From positions 75,059-139,058 of IMG/VR virus record IMGVR_UViG_3300032331_000527: a DNA stretch of 64,000 nucleotides; one strand, given 5' to 3'. The DNA is from a virus. The notes below the pieces were generated by a model that had not been told where the DNA came from, made no database searches, and was given only the letters and a program-made list of their open reading frames with translations. Below are positions 19,637 to 28,352 of this stretch, piece by piece. The position numbers were made by a program, and so were the translations under genes. The stretch's first letter is position 1. Each line of letters starts with the position of its first letter.

Positions 19637-21741
19637 TGGCGATTTCAAATCTAGTTAAGGGCGGACAGAAGTTCGATCGTCCTAGTGTTGGAGCTTACTT
19701 TGGTAAGCGTCCAGCTAATGATAATCCGTCAACGAAAGTCTCTTCGGATATGATAACGCCCGACGTCGTTCGAGAGATGATGGGTGGCGTTAAAGGTCTC
19801 ATCGGAGAAATGGCTCGTATTAAAACCACTTGCGTTGATATCTATAAATCGTTTGTTGGTATCATCAGAGATACGAACAGACTCAACGATGATATTACTC
19901 GTAGCTTCAAGCTCGTTAATATCGAGCTGAATAAGAGCAGATTAGATTTCCTTAAATCAATAGTGCGAGTATCTGGAAATGAAAATGCTGTTCCAGGTGC
20001 TAATATGTCTGCCGCTCCTGGTGTTCCTGTCGCTGATCCTAAGAAACAAGAAAAGAAAACTGAAGACGATCAAAAATCTTGGTTAGACACAGCTTTATCA
20101 TTTCTTGATATAGCAGATACAGCAAAAACTGCTTGGGATCTTGCTAAAGGTGGCGGACGATTTCTTGCTCGTGCGGCTTCTGGTCCTATGTTGTTACCGG
20201 CAGCAGCTGGCGCAGGTCTAATAGCATTAGCAGCTCATCGTAAAGCAGCACAAGAAGCAGATCCACTTGGCGCTGAGAATTTTGATAGAGCAACTGCTTC
20301 AGGGGCTAAACGAGCAGAAGTCATTCAAGGACCAGAAGCAGATAAGAATGCTCCTAATCCAAATACCGACATTAGTCGTAAGAAATTGTCTCCGCCAGAT
20401 TTCTTGATGCAACAAGGCATTATCAAAATGCCGTCTGAAGCTAAGAATGTTATCGCGAGTATCAAAGGCGATATCATTACTCTTAAGGATGGAAGATGGT
20501 TTGATAACAAAGTCCAGGTTCTCAATTATCCAGATGGACCAGGTACTCCAGAGAAAGCTCCTAAAGAACAATCTGATTTTCGTAGTAAAGTAAATGAAGC
20601 TATGCAAAAACGAGCTGGCATCGTCGATATGTCCGGTATGGTTAAGTCTGATGAACTCGTTCGTTCATTCGCGGGGCGTATGGGTCTAGATCCTAAGACT
20701 GACTATAAAGCTGAATTGCGTGGAGGGATACCAACAAAGATTAATGGACAGCCTGTTCCTCGTGAGCTATACACCAAAGAACAAGCAGCAACAGTGGACG
20801 CTGCTATTCAAATGGGTAAGATGATGACTGGCGATCCAGAAGCTATGAAACAAGCTCAATCAAATGCGGCTCCTCCTCCACCTCCTGTCGGAGAAAATGC
20901 ATCAGGCGAAAAAGAACAGCCTAAACCAGGCGGAGATGATGAAGGCAAATCACCTCCCGCCGCCGCCGCTGCTGCTGGTGGTGGTGGCGGAGATACGGGA
21001 GCGAGTCCTCCTCCAGCTGAAGCTCCTGGTGGTGCTCCTAGTGGAGCAACCGCCCCTGCTGCTCCTGCAGCTCCTGCTGCGGGTGGTGATAATTCGAATG
21101 GTTCACCGACTCCTGCTGCGTCTGCTGGCGGTAGCTTAACTGGCGGAGGCGCAGGCGGCCCAACACAAACAGAAACAACTATGGTTGCTGGTCAGCCTGT
21201 TGAAAAAGGAAAAGATTTAACTGAACAACAGACTTCGGCTATTGATATGGCTTTAAAGATGAGTCCCGAAAACGCCAAGAATTATCCTAAGTGGCTTATT
21301 GATCAGTACAACAAATCTAAAAATGCCAGTAAATCAACTGGAACATCTGCGGATGGAACGACAGCTGCTCCCGGTGGTGGAGATGCTTCTTCTAATGCAG
21401 AAACGCCTACTATGGGTTCTCCAAGTCAAGCAGCGACCGCACCTACTGCAAAGCCAAATGACGATGGTTCTGTTCCTCCAAAGGATGAATCGAAAGGTGG
21501 AGCTGGATCTCCTAATGGTGCTCCAGCTGCTGTTCCCGCAGCGTCAGCTCCTCCTGTACCTGGAGCAACGCCAGCACCAGCAGAACCAAAATCTATCGTG
21601 ATGAATAATGAATCTACACAGAACAGCTCTTCTTCTGAAGGTGGAGCGAACAGTAAAGTCGCTGGACAGAACTTGCCTATGATTGCACACAACCAACAGT
21701 TGCAGCAGTATCTCGCAAAGCAGAACATAGGATATCAATAA
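19636..21741 (+). CDS. Low-complexity hypothetical virion protein (tape-measure region)
   Basis: 701 aa ORF with a helical N-terminus and P/A/G-rich C-terminus, translationally coupled to the previous gene. Confidence 0.65.
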   Translation: MAISNLVKGGQKFDRPSVGAYFGKRPANDNPSTKVSSDMITPDVVREMMGGVKGLIGEMARIKTTCVDIYKSFVGIIRDTNRLNDDITRSFKLVNIELNKSRLDFLKSIVRVSGNENAVPGANMSAAPGVPVADPKKQEKKTEDDQKSWLDTALSFLDIADTAKTAWDLAKGGGRFLARAASGPMLLPAAAGAGLIALAAHRKAAQEADPLGAENFDRATASGAKRAEVIQGPEADKNAPNPNTDISRKKLSPPDFLMQQGIIKMPSEAKNVIASIKGDIITLKDGRWFDNKVQVLNYPDGPGTPEKAPKEQSDFRSKVNEAMQKRAGIVDMSGMVKSDELVRSFAGRMGLDPKTDYKAELRGGIPTKINGQPVPRELYTKEQAATVDAAIQMGKMMTGDPEAMKQAQSNAAPPPPPVGENASGEKEQPKPGGDDEGKSPPAAAAAAGGGGGDTGASPPPAEAPGGAPSGATAPAAPAAPAAGGDNSNGSPTPAASAGGSLTGGGAGGPTQTETTMVAGQPVEKGKDLTEQQTSAIDMALKMSPENAKNYPKWLIDQYNKSKNASKSTGTSADGTTAAPGGGDASSNAETPTMGSPSQAATAPTAKPNDDGSVPPKDESKGGAGSPNGAPAAVPAASAPPVPGATPAPAEPKSIVMNNESTQNSSSSEGGANSKVAGQNLPMIAHNQQLQQYLAKQNIGYQ

Positions 21742-21765
21742 AAAAAGTGGAGCCGAAGCTCCCCT
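21740..21765 (-). terminator. Rho-independent terminator with UUCG tetraloop, downstream of gp32
   Basis: Minus strand GGAGC-TTCG-GCTCC-AC-TTTTTTT. A second hairpin (TCGTAGG...CCTACGA) lies at ~21770-21799. Confidence 0.85.
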
Positions 21766-21798
21766 AGGTATCGTAGGTGAAAGGAATAAACCCTACGA

Positions 21799-22710
21799 TT
21801 ATTCGTCATCCTCTGCGAGCTTCGAGAAGAATTCAAGATCGTCATCATCGACTGCCTTAATCGGCTTCGCAGGCGTTACTTTACCAACTGAAGGTGCAGC
21901 CGCGGGACGCGAAACCGGACGGTCAAAAGGGATGTCGTCTTCCTCCGTCTTGCGACCAGCACCTGTTGGCTCAGACAGAACCTTATCCAGACGCTTCTTG
22001 AGATCTTCGTAGCTCTTGAACTTATCTGGAGCAACCAACGCAGCAAGAGAATGCTCCGTCTTCCAAATAGCTTCCATGTTGTCTTCGTCATCAGACAAAG
22101 GAGCTGGCTCTGAGAACTCGCTCTTATCATAATTACGATAGCCCTCAACCTTACGGATCTTGAGCTTAAAGTCAGCTCCGGCCCAAAGATCGAAAGGATT
22201 CACAGGAGTCTCATCCTCGAACTGAGGATTCATCTTCTCATTAATCTTATCGAAGATCTTCTTACCAAACTTGTAGAGGAATACCTTACCTTCGTTCTCG
22301 GGATGAGCAGGATCCTTAACGACGTAGATATTAGCGATGTAAGTCAAACGACGCTTGCGCTGACGAACAATCTCCTTATCCTTATCGTTACCTGAGTTCC
22401 AAAGCTTGGAATTCATTTCGGATACGGGATCAGGATTGCCAAGAGTAGTGAGGGAGTTCTCGATATACCAACCGCCTGGACCTTGGAAACCATGATTCCA
22501 GATACGAACCCACGGGAGTTCTTCACCATTAGGAGCAGGGAGGAAGCGGATAACAGCATAGCCATTACCAACCTTATCAACTTCAGGCTGCCAGAAACGA
22601 TCGTCTTCGTTAGAAGCCGTTTCCTTGTTAGCGAGTTTGTTGATTTCTTTGGTCAGACGCTCGAGGGAAGAGGTACGCTGACGCTTGAGGGCAGAAAAAG
22701 ATTCGTTCAT
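21799..22710 (-). CDS. gp32: Single-stranded DNA-binding protein gp32
   Basis: DDRFW..DKVGNGYAVIRFLPAP...WYIENSLTTLG...YRNYDKSEF, acidic tail. Start taken at MNESF after GGAG. Confidence 0.96.
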   Translation of the reverse strand: MNESFSALKRQRTSSLERLTKEINKLANKETASNEDDRFWQPEVDKVGNGYAVIRFLPAPNGEELPWVRIWNHGFQGPGGWYIENSLTTLGNPDPVSEMNSKLWNSGNDKDKEIVRQRKRRLTYIANIYVVKDPAHPENEGKVFLYKFGKKIFDKINEKMNPQFEDETPVNPFDLWAGADFKLKIRKVEGYRNYDKSEFSEPAPLSDDEDNMEAIWKTEHSLAALVAPDKFKSYEDLKKRLDKVLSEPTGAGRKTEEDDIPFDRPVSRPAAAPSVGKVTPAKPIKAVDDDDLEFFSKLAEDDE

Positions 22711-22767
22711 TTGTATGTCTCCGATGTATGTGTTGTATGGGTAGTTCTTCGTCTTATCCACTTAATC

Positions 22768-22796
22768 ATAATATAACTTATATAGCATAATGTCAA
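22768..22796 (-). promoter_or_regulatory. Sigma70-type promoter for gp32
   Basis: TTGACA-N17-TATTAT. Confidence 0.7.
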
Positions 22797-23386
22797 GACG
22801 AAAACACATTACGCATAACTTTTTTTATCGTTTCCCGTTCAATCCGTACGAACGGACGATACTTACTCAGCTGGCGATATAACTCAGGCCAGATGATTTG
22901 GTCGTCTATCAAAGAGTTCCACGTCTCCAACATATCGCCAACGAAAATATCAAAGGCAATGATAGTCTCTGCTTTTATTTTTCCGCCAAGATACATTTTC
23001 AATAGTGTAGGATGACCAGTCGTAATCGTAATGCATTGTTTCCAGTCATCCTGCTCTTTTATATATTCTAGATCCTGCTTCAGATTATATGAAAAGGTAT
23101 CCATTCGACCTTTCCAAGACATATATACTTTCTCTGATTCAGGACCAGACATTTCACCAACCCAGCGAACGCCAGCCTGTGAAATGAAATTAGCAACAAA
23201 GAAATCAGTCAGCTCGTTATCATCGTACTTACGCTCGAGCTTGCGAAACAGATATTGATCCTTGCGCTTTAGAAAAGACTCATCAGATATCTTGCGAACT
23301 TTTCCGCCGTACTTGATGAAGTCGTAGTCGCTAGTGAAATGGAGCTTGAGTGCTTGATATTTTTGGTAGGCTTTAATTCCTTCCAA
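22793..23386 (-). CDS. gp59: Helicase loader gp59
   Basis: AYQKYQALKLHFTSDYDFIKYGGK...SFLKRKD...FFVANF...KYRPF. Confidence 0.92.
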   Translation of the reverse strand: MEGIKAYQKYQALKLHFTSDYDFIKYGGKVRKISDESFLKRKDQYLFRKLERKYDDNELTDFFVANFISQAGVRWVGEMSGPESEKVYMSWKGRMDTFSYNLKQDLEYIKEQDDWKQCITITTGHPTLLKMYLGGKIKAETIIAFDIFVGDMLETWNSLIDDQIIWPELYRQLSKYRPFVRIERETIKKVMRNVFSS

Positions 23387-24365
23387 CGACCCAACCTCTC
23401 TGCTTCATCTTTTCGATTCTATGAGGCTTAACAAGCTCCATGACACCAGACTGCGCACGGATTTCTTTCTTCATGATAGTTTCATACACATCACGACTGA
23501 TATAGAGCTTATCATCCCAAGGCGTATACGAAACGCAGCAATGTACCATATCAAAGTGCTCAACGAGCTTTTGTCTCGTAGGATATTTGGTCGTGATGAA
23601 CTGCAACTTAGTGATCGTATCGAACGCAGTATATTCGATGCTGTCGTTATCCATATAGTTTGAGCTGCCTTCCTTGATGATTTCGCTTGAAGGATTCTTA
23701 AACTTGATCTGCTCGATATGCTTATGAAGCATATCCTTAGTTTTTTTATCGTTGAGAATAAACACGTCGATATCGTGTGGAGTAGCACCGTGAAATAGTG
23801 AAGTCCAGCAACCGCCAGCGATAACGATATTCTTGCTGTACATAAGCTCGCTAGGAATATACATCCAGTATTTTTGCTTAAGATTTTGCTTAGCAGTAGT
23901 GATGATAGCTTGCTCATACGGACCAAACGTCTTATCGCGAGCTAAGATTTCTTCATCATTCAGCGGAACATAACCGACGTGACCACCATGCCCAACCATA
24001 GGAGAATATGTTGTTTGTATAGTTCCTGAACCACCACCCCAACCTGCGCCTTGAGCGCCTGGAAAAACTATGCCACCTATCCCAGGATTCGCCGCTTCTC
24101 TTATGATATCGCCAAGTTTGTCAATAGGTACTGCCATGATATTACTGATAGCCTCTAATATAACATGATGTGGATTTGTTGCATCTTCCAGAGCATATCT
24201 AGTTATTCTTTGTGCTGAGTGATTATCTTTATTCAAGATAGTCAAATCATCAGTCAAAGGACTAGTCATGAACACAATGTTGGGAAGATTAAGACTTCGA
24301 ATCCACTCGCTGAGTTCGCTCATCGTGGTGTAGCCGTTTTTTCCGGTAGCGTGTGTTAAAGCCAT
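23373..24365 (-). CDS. Nucleotidyltransferase-superfamily protein (poly(A) polymerase/CCA head-like domain)
   Basis: IVIAGGC..S...HDIDVF...FDMVHC...KMKQRGW motif in the C-terminal half. Confidence 0.6.
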   Translation of the reverse strand: MALTHATGKNGYTTMSELSEWIRSLNLPNIVFMTSPLTDDLTILNKDNHSAQRITRYALEDATNPHHVILEAISNIMAVPIDKLGDIIREAANPGIGGIVFPGAQGAGWGGGSGTIQTTYSPMVGHGGHVGYVPLNDEEILARDKTFGPYEQAIITTAKQNLKQKYWMYIPSELMYSKNIVIAGGCWTSLFHGATPHDIDVFILNDKKTKDMLHKHIEQIKFKNPSSEIIKEGSSNYMDNDSIEYTAFDTITKLQFITTKYPTRQKLVEHFDMVHCCVSYTPWDDKLYISRDVYETIMKKEIRAQSGVMELVKPHRIEKMKQRGWVVGRN

Positions 24366-24604
24366 TAGATTGGTAACCGTGATCCAGTACGTTTCAGGAG
24401 TTTAAGGTTCATAGCTTCTGACTGAAGCAACTTACGCATTGTAGGTGTCATTAGCTTGGAGACGTTCTCGAACTCTAAGCCGGTCTTTTCGCAGACATCA
24501 GTAATCGCTTCAAGATAGCTCATACCTTTATCTGAAATACGCTGCTCAACCATAGAGATGAATGTGTTGGAACTCAACACGCTTGCGATTACTGCATCAG
24601 TCAC
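24365..24604 (-). CDS. gp33: Late transcription co-activator gp33
   Basis: FISMVE...MSYLEAI..CE...E.E...KL...L..EA..L.LL...LPI. Confidence 0.88.
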   Translation of the reverse strand: MTDAVIASVLSSNTFISMVEQRISDKGMSYLEAITDVCEKTGLEFENVSKLMTPTMRKLLQSEAMNLKLLKRTGSRLPI

Positions 24605-25044
24605 TTATTGAACTCCTCAGATAAACCAATAGCATCAGCAACAGCTGTCAGCGTATTGGGATACGCTTTAGGAACAGTGTATGGAAGAGGATGATTTGTT
24701 GGACCACCGACACTACGACGAATGATATCTTCGCTGAGTAGCTCGGGATAGTAGAGTTCTAGCGCAGCGCAATCGTCGACGCAGTTGAACCAATGATATT
24801 CGCCAGGACGAACAGTAGTAAAGTCACCTGCTCTGAGCACAGTGACATCAACCAAGTCGTAGTCATTTTTTCGTACATGGATTTCCAGAGTTCCAGAAAT
24901 AACGAAGAATCCGTTCCATTTGTGTTCATGCTTATGCTCCGAACATTTGTAGCCTGCGTTGACGTTAATCTTATGCAGTTCGACTATAGGATTCTGAATA
25001 ATTACGCTTGTGTCTCCCCAGACTTTTCCTGTGAAGTTGCCCAT
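24601..25044 (-). CDS. Cupin-domain protein
   Basis: GKVWG...CSEHKHEHKWNGF...V.PGEYHWF...E.Y cupin motifs. Confidence 0.75.
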   Translation of the reverse strand: MGNFTGKVWGDTSVIIQNPIVELHKINVNAGYKCSEHKHEHKWNGFFVISGTLEIHVRKNDYDLVDVTVLRAGDFTTVRPGEYHWFNCVDDCAALELYYPELLSEDIIRRSVGGPTNHPLPYTVPKAYPNTLTAVADAIGLSEEFNK

Positions 25045-25883
25045 GATGTACCCTTTCTCATATTTAATGAACGTTTGCTGATATAATCCAACTCTACTAA
25101 ATCATATACTAATTTCTCGAACGTGTCAAGATAAATCATATTGGGTCCATCACTTGGCGCTTCAGTCGGATTCTCGTGGACTTCCATGAACACAGCGGAG
25201 ACGCCAACAGAAACAGCAGCTCTAGCCATAAGAGTAACATACTTACGCTCGCCCGATGAACTCGTACCATGAGCGCCAGGAAGTTGAACTGCGTGAGTGC
25301 AATCCATAACGACCTGATTGGTGTATTGCTTCATAACATCAAGGGAACGAAAGTCTACGACGAGATTGTTATAGCCAAATGTTGTGCCTCGCTCTGTGAA
25401 CATATACTTTTCACAACCAAACTTCCGAAGCTTCTCGGCTACATTCCGCATCTCCCACGGAGACATGAACTGTCCTTTCTTCACGTTGACTGGCTTACCA
25501 CTTTCCGCAGCCGCGCGAAGAAGATCAGTCTGACGACAAAGGAACGCAGGAATCTGAATGATATCAGCATTAACTGCATCACAGTGCCAAGGTTCGTGAA
25601 CGTCCGTGAGAACCTCGATTCCTCGAGCACGGACGGCCTCCATTCCGTAAAACGCCTCGTCGAAGCCGCTACCTCTTTTACTATCTGCGGAACTTCGATT
25701 CGCTTTATCGAAAGAGGTCTTATAGATGAAATTGATCTCTCTGTCGAATGCTTGACCTACTGCTTTGCAATCGGCTTGCAAATGTTCAGCCATCATAACT
25801 GCATGTTCCGTATTCTCAAATAGACACGGTCCAGCAATGATACTTAGTGGTTTGTCGTTATGACAATTATCATAGAAGCTCAT
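25002..25883 (-). CDS. kdsA: KDO-8-phosphate synthase (KdsA)
   Basis: IIAGPC..E, YKTSFDKANRSS, LTDVHE, QIPAFLCRQTDLL, NVKKGQF, TERGTTFGYNNLVVD, DCTHAVQ, SDGPN. Confidence 0.95.
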   Translation of the reverse strand: MSFYDNCHNDKPLSIIAGPCLFENTEHAVMMAEHLQADCKAVGQAFDREINFIYKTSFDKANRSSADSKRGSGFDEAFYGMEAVRARGIEVLTDVHEPWHCDAVNADIIQIPAFLCRQTDLLRAAAESGKPVNVKKGQFMSPWEMRNVAEKLRKFGCEKYMFTERGTTFGYNNLVVDFRSLDVMKQYTNQVVMDCTHAVQLPGAHGTSSSGERKYVTLMARAAVSVGVSAVFMEVHENPTEAPSDGPNMIYLDTFEKLVYDLVELDYISKRSLNMRKGTSWATSQEKSGETQA

Positions 25884-25885
25884 TT

Positions 25886-26557
25886 TTAATCCCACAATGC
25901 GCGATAGTATTTACCGAAAAGAATGAATCCATTTGCTTTACGCTTGTCGAACTTAGCATTCTCTTCGTGATACACTTTCCAAGCCTCAACATTTTCTGGT
26001 GAATCGTCGAATGGAATTGCATCCATTATCCGACGAGTATACGCACTAGGACTATCAGGAGCATCAGGATCTTCGTTTGCTTCCTGATTGAAAGTCCAAA
26101 TCAATTCATCCAAAATCCAATCCCAACGAGCTTCGTGTAAGCTATCTACACCGCCGTATTTCTTGTCTTCTTCAGTTAGAGGCGGAGCAGAAGTCGAACG
26201 CAAATGCTCGGGAACGTCTTCGTCATCTACGAAGGGAGAACCGTGCTTAGTAGCTTTCAGTTGGATAAGCATAGGATGAATGATAATCGAAAGTGTATGA
26301 TCCATTGACCACGTGTCGTAATTATCGAGCTTCACTTTGACAGTGCGCTTGCGCTTATCGTGTATCCAGTTGCAGAATTTGTGAACCCACGTTTCTGAGA
26401 GCCAGTCGCTGAACTTTTCTTTTGCTTTATAATCCCAACGCTCGTATCGAGGATCGTCATCATTCATGATGCCGTTGCGCTTAATCCAAAAGAATAGGAT
26501 ATCAGCGATTTGATATGCGCCGTACCAGGTCAGATAGGGTCCAATGTTTACTTTCAT
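25886..26557 (-). CDS. Conserved hypothetical phage protein
   Basis: MKVNIGPY...DTWSMDHTL...LFGKYY.ALWD, a family seen in T4-like phages. Confidence 0.7.
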   Translation of the reverse strand: MKVNIGPYLTWYGAYQIADILFFWIKRNGIMNDDDPRYERWDYKAKEKFSDWLSETWVHKFCNWIHDKRKRTVKVKLDNYDTWSMDHTLSIIIHPMLIQLKATKHGSPFVDDEDVPEHLRSTSAPPLTEEDKKYGGVDSLHEARWDWILDELIWTFNQEANEDPDAPDSPSAYTRRIMDAIPFDDSPENVEAWKVYHEENAKFDKRKANGFILFGKYYRALWD

Positions 26558-26560
26558 GTG

Positions 26561-26776
26561 TCACCAGTTCTCGTAATCTGTGATGTCTTTCCAGAGGCCT
26601 TCGCCTTCCGCAGTTTCAATCTCTGCGCGAAGACAGAAACCAATACCTGTGCTTCCGCCGATAAGAGTAATCTTGTGAGGCTGAGGATCCATAGGCTTGA
26701 TCCACTCAGTCAAAGACTCTAACTCTTTAGGGCTAATCATTAGTTGATACTTACGTTCCACGCGATCCTCATCCAT
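26561..26776 (-). CDS. Hypothetical protein
   Basis: Small ORF ending KDITDYENW, a common phage motif. Confidence 0.55.
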   Translation of the reverse strand: MDEDRVERKYQLMISPKELESLTEWIKPMDPQPHKITLIGGSTGIGFCLRAEIETAEGEGLWKDITDYENW

Positions 26777-26777
26777 A

Positions 26778-26993
26778 TTATTTAATTCCAAAGTGATCTT
26801 TAATTTGTTTAGCAATCCAAGGAGCCTGTGGCGCTGGTTCTAAACCAGTATCATATTCTATCATACAAATTTCAGCACATTCACGCACGATCAACTCAGC
26901 AAACTTTACTGATTGTCTAGTCGGCATATCACAACCGCAACTACACATTTCTAATCCAGCCTGTACAGCAAGTTCTTTGATTCGCTCTTCCAT
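26778..26993 (-). CDS. Hypothetical protein
   Basis: MEERIKELA...KFAELIVRECA...IKDHFG phage family. Start is downstream of tRNA-Gln. Confidence 0.6.
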   Translation of the reverse strand: MEERIKELAVQAGLEMCSCGCDMPTRQSVKFAELIVRECAEICMIEYDTGLEPAPQAPWIAKQIKDHFGIK

Positions 26994-27008
26994 AACATGC
27001 TCCAAAGT

Positions 27009-27084
27009 TGGCTCGGGGTGATGGGCTCGAACCACCAACACACAGATTCAAAGTCTGTAGTTCTACCAATTGAACTAACCCCGA
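27009..27084 (-). tRNA. tRNA-Gln (TTG)
   Basis: Cloverleaf, anticodon arm ACAGA-CTTTGAA-TCTGT, TTCGA loop, encoded CCA. Confidence 0.92.
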
Positions 27085-27088
27085 ATAA

Positions 27089-27331
27089 TCACTTAGTTTC
27101 TGTCAAGAGTTCCGCAGAGCCAGGAACTTGAGAAGGACGACGATACTGCTCACTTGGATTATCTGAATCAACGAACTTCATAAGCTCTTGAGCCTTTGAA
27201 ACGATATCTGTAGTCGTAGGAAACGGAATTTGCGATCCAGTCTTCTCAGCCGAGAAAAGGAATTCCTGATCGCACATTACTTGAGCCATCTGGAGAACCT
27301 GAAGTCGGATTTCTTTATCAGTCGTTATCAT
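27089..27331 (-). CDS. Hypothetical protein
   Basis: EIRLQVLQMA...FPT..DIVSKAQEL..FV, a conserved phage small protein pattern. Confidence 0.6.
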   Translation of the reverse strand: MITTDKEIRLQVLQMAQVMCDQEFLFSAEKTGSQIPFPTTTDIVSKAQELMKFVDSDNPSEQYRRPSQVPGSAELLTETK

Positions 27332-27350
27332 ATAATAAGCTCCGTGCTTG

Positions 27351-27890
27351 TTATGGATTAGTAGGAGATTTGGGTACATCGAATACGAACGTAATACGTT
27401 CAACTTCCGAAATGTTTTTCGCAGAGTGCATCTTTTTGTTATCGAACCAAAAGAACGTTCCTGGACTAATTATATGTTCTTCACCGTCTACTTCATACAG
27501 ATACTCTCCTTGGAGAGCAAAATGATATCTGTCACGCGAAAGATAATACGTTCCGTCATCAATATGTCGTCCCATACTTCCACCGACCTGAAGTCGAAAG
27601 AACGCTGCGCGAGAAGTTTGCTCGATGTTCCAAGATCTCAACCATTCGTGAATCTCGGTATACTTATCAAACAAAGGAGTGTTTTGCTGCTGTTCACAAT
27701 TCTTGGGATTAATACGCTTCGACGGTACAACAGCCATAACGAGTGGAAGAAATCCATATGGATCCAGATCGCCAGCGATATTATCGTAAGTAGAAACAGC
27801 TTTCCAGTCGCCAGGATTATCTAATACCTGTTGAAGCACAGGCTGATATAATTCTTCGTAACTGATAAATCTAAAATTGGTCATAATCAA
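27351..27890 (-). CDS. Aspartyl/asparaginyl beta-hydroxylase-like 2OG-Fe(II) oxygenase
   Basis: HIDDGTYY..RDRYH...WFDNKKMHSA.N....RITFVFD. Confidence 0.82.
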   Translation of the reverse strand: MIMTNFRFISYEELYQPVLQQVLDNPGDWKAVSTYDNIAGDLDPYGFLPLVMAVVPSKRINPKNCEQQQNTPLFDKYTEIHEWLRSWNIEQTSRAAFFRLQVGGSMGRHIDDGTYYLSRDRYHFALQGEYLYEVDGEEHIISPGTFFWFDNKKMHSAKNISEVERITFVFDVPKSPTNP

Positions 27891-27894
27891 TCCT

Positions 27895-28213
27895 GTGTGA
27901 AACGGGCCCGTTCTGTTCCAAGGTGGAGCCCATACCCGTGAGATTACGCCGCTAGGCGAGTCTCGATGAGTGCATTATCGTTTGCATCTAGAACGTCGCT
28001 TTGGTCTACTCGTACCTTTACTACAATCCGTCGAACCTGTTTCGCCCCCATCAAAGATACACAATATCAAGCACCCTCTTGACCGCAGCCACTCACTTCC
28101 GTCGAAGCTATTCAAACGTGGTAGGACCCGTCGGCATTGTGTATCTATGGTGGAGGCGTCGGGTACTGCCCCCGAGTCCGAATCGTCTATTCTGAACGCC
28201 TCAACAACCTTAG
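27895..28213 (-). ncRNA. ssrA: Circularly permuted (two-piece) tmRNA with tag ANDNALIETRLAA
   Basis: Acceptor piece ...GACTCGGGGGCAGTACCCGACGCCTCCACCA (CCA at 28148) precedes the coding piece GGGGGCGAAACAGGTTCGACGG (28049). G3.U70 pair present. Tag ORF 27985-27944. Outer ends are approximate. Confidence 0.92.
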
Positions 28214-28217
28214 CGTA

Positions 28218-28352
28218 TTATTTATAATACCACTTTACGGGTGGATTGTCAAGAAGGAATTTCCTAGCCTGTGTCTCAGACCAGTTATTGATACAGATAT
28301 ATCGCGGGCAATCCCAGTAGATAAAAGCCCACGAGCTATAGTGCTCGCTCAT
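28218..28352 (-). CDS. Small hypothetical protein (44 aa)
   Basis: MSEHYSSWAFIYWDCPRYICINNWSE..., with an ATGA overlap on the exonuclease stop. Confidence 0.4.
   Translation of the reverse strand: MSEHYSSWAFIYWDCPRYICINNWSETQARKFLLDNPPVKWYYK
28219..28252 (-). promoter_or_regulatory. Overlapping early (TTGACA-N17-TATTAT) and late (TATAAATA) promoters for the tmRNA
   Basis: -35 at 28252-28247, -10 at 28229-28224, TATAAATA at 28226-28219. Confidence 0.72.

Noticed and set aside
19700-19730. ANDN peptide in the 701-aa protein resembling the tmRNA tag
   Set aside because: Four-residue internal match, not C-terminal, likely coincidental.
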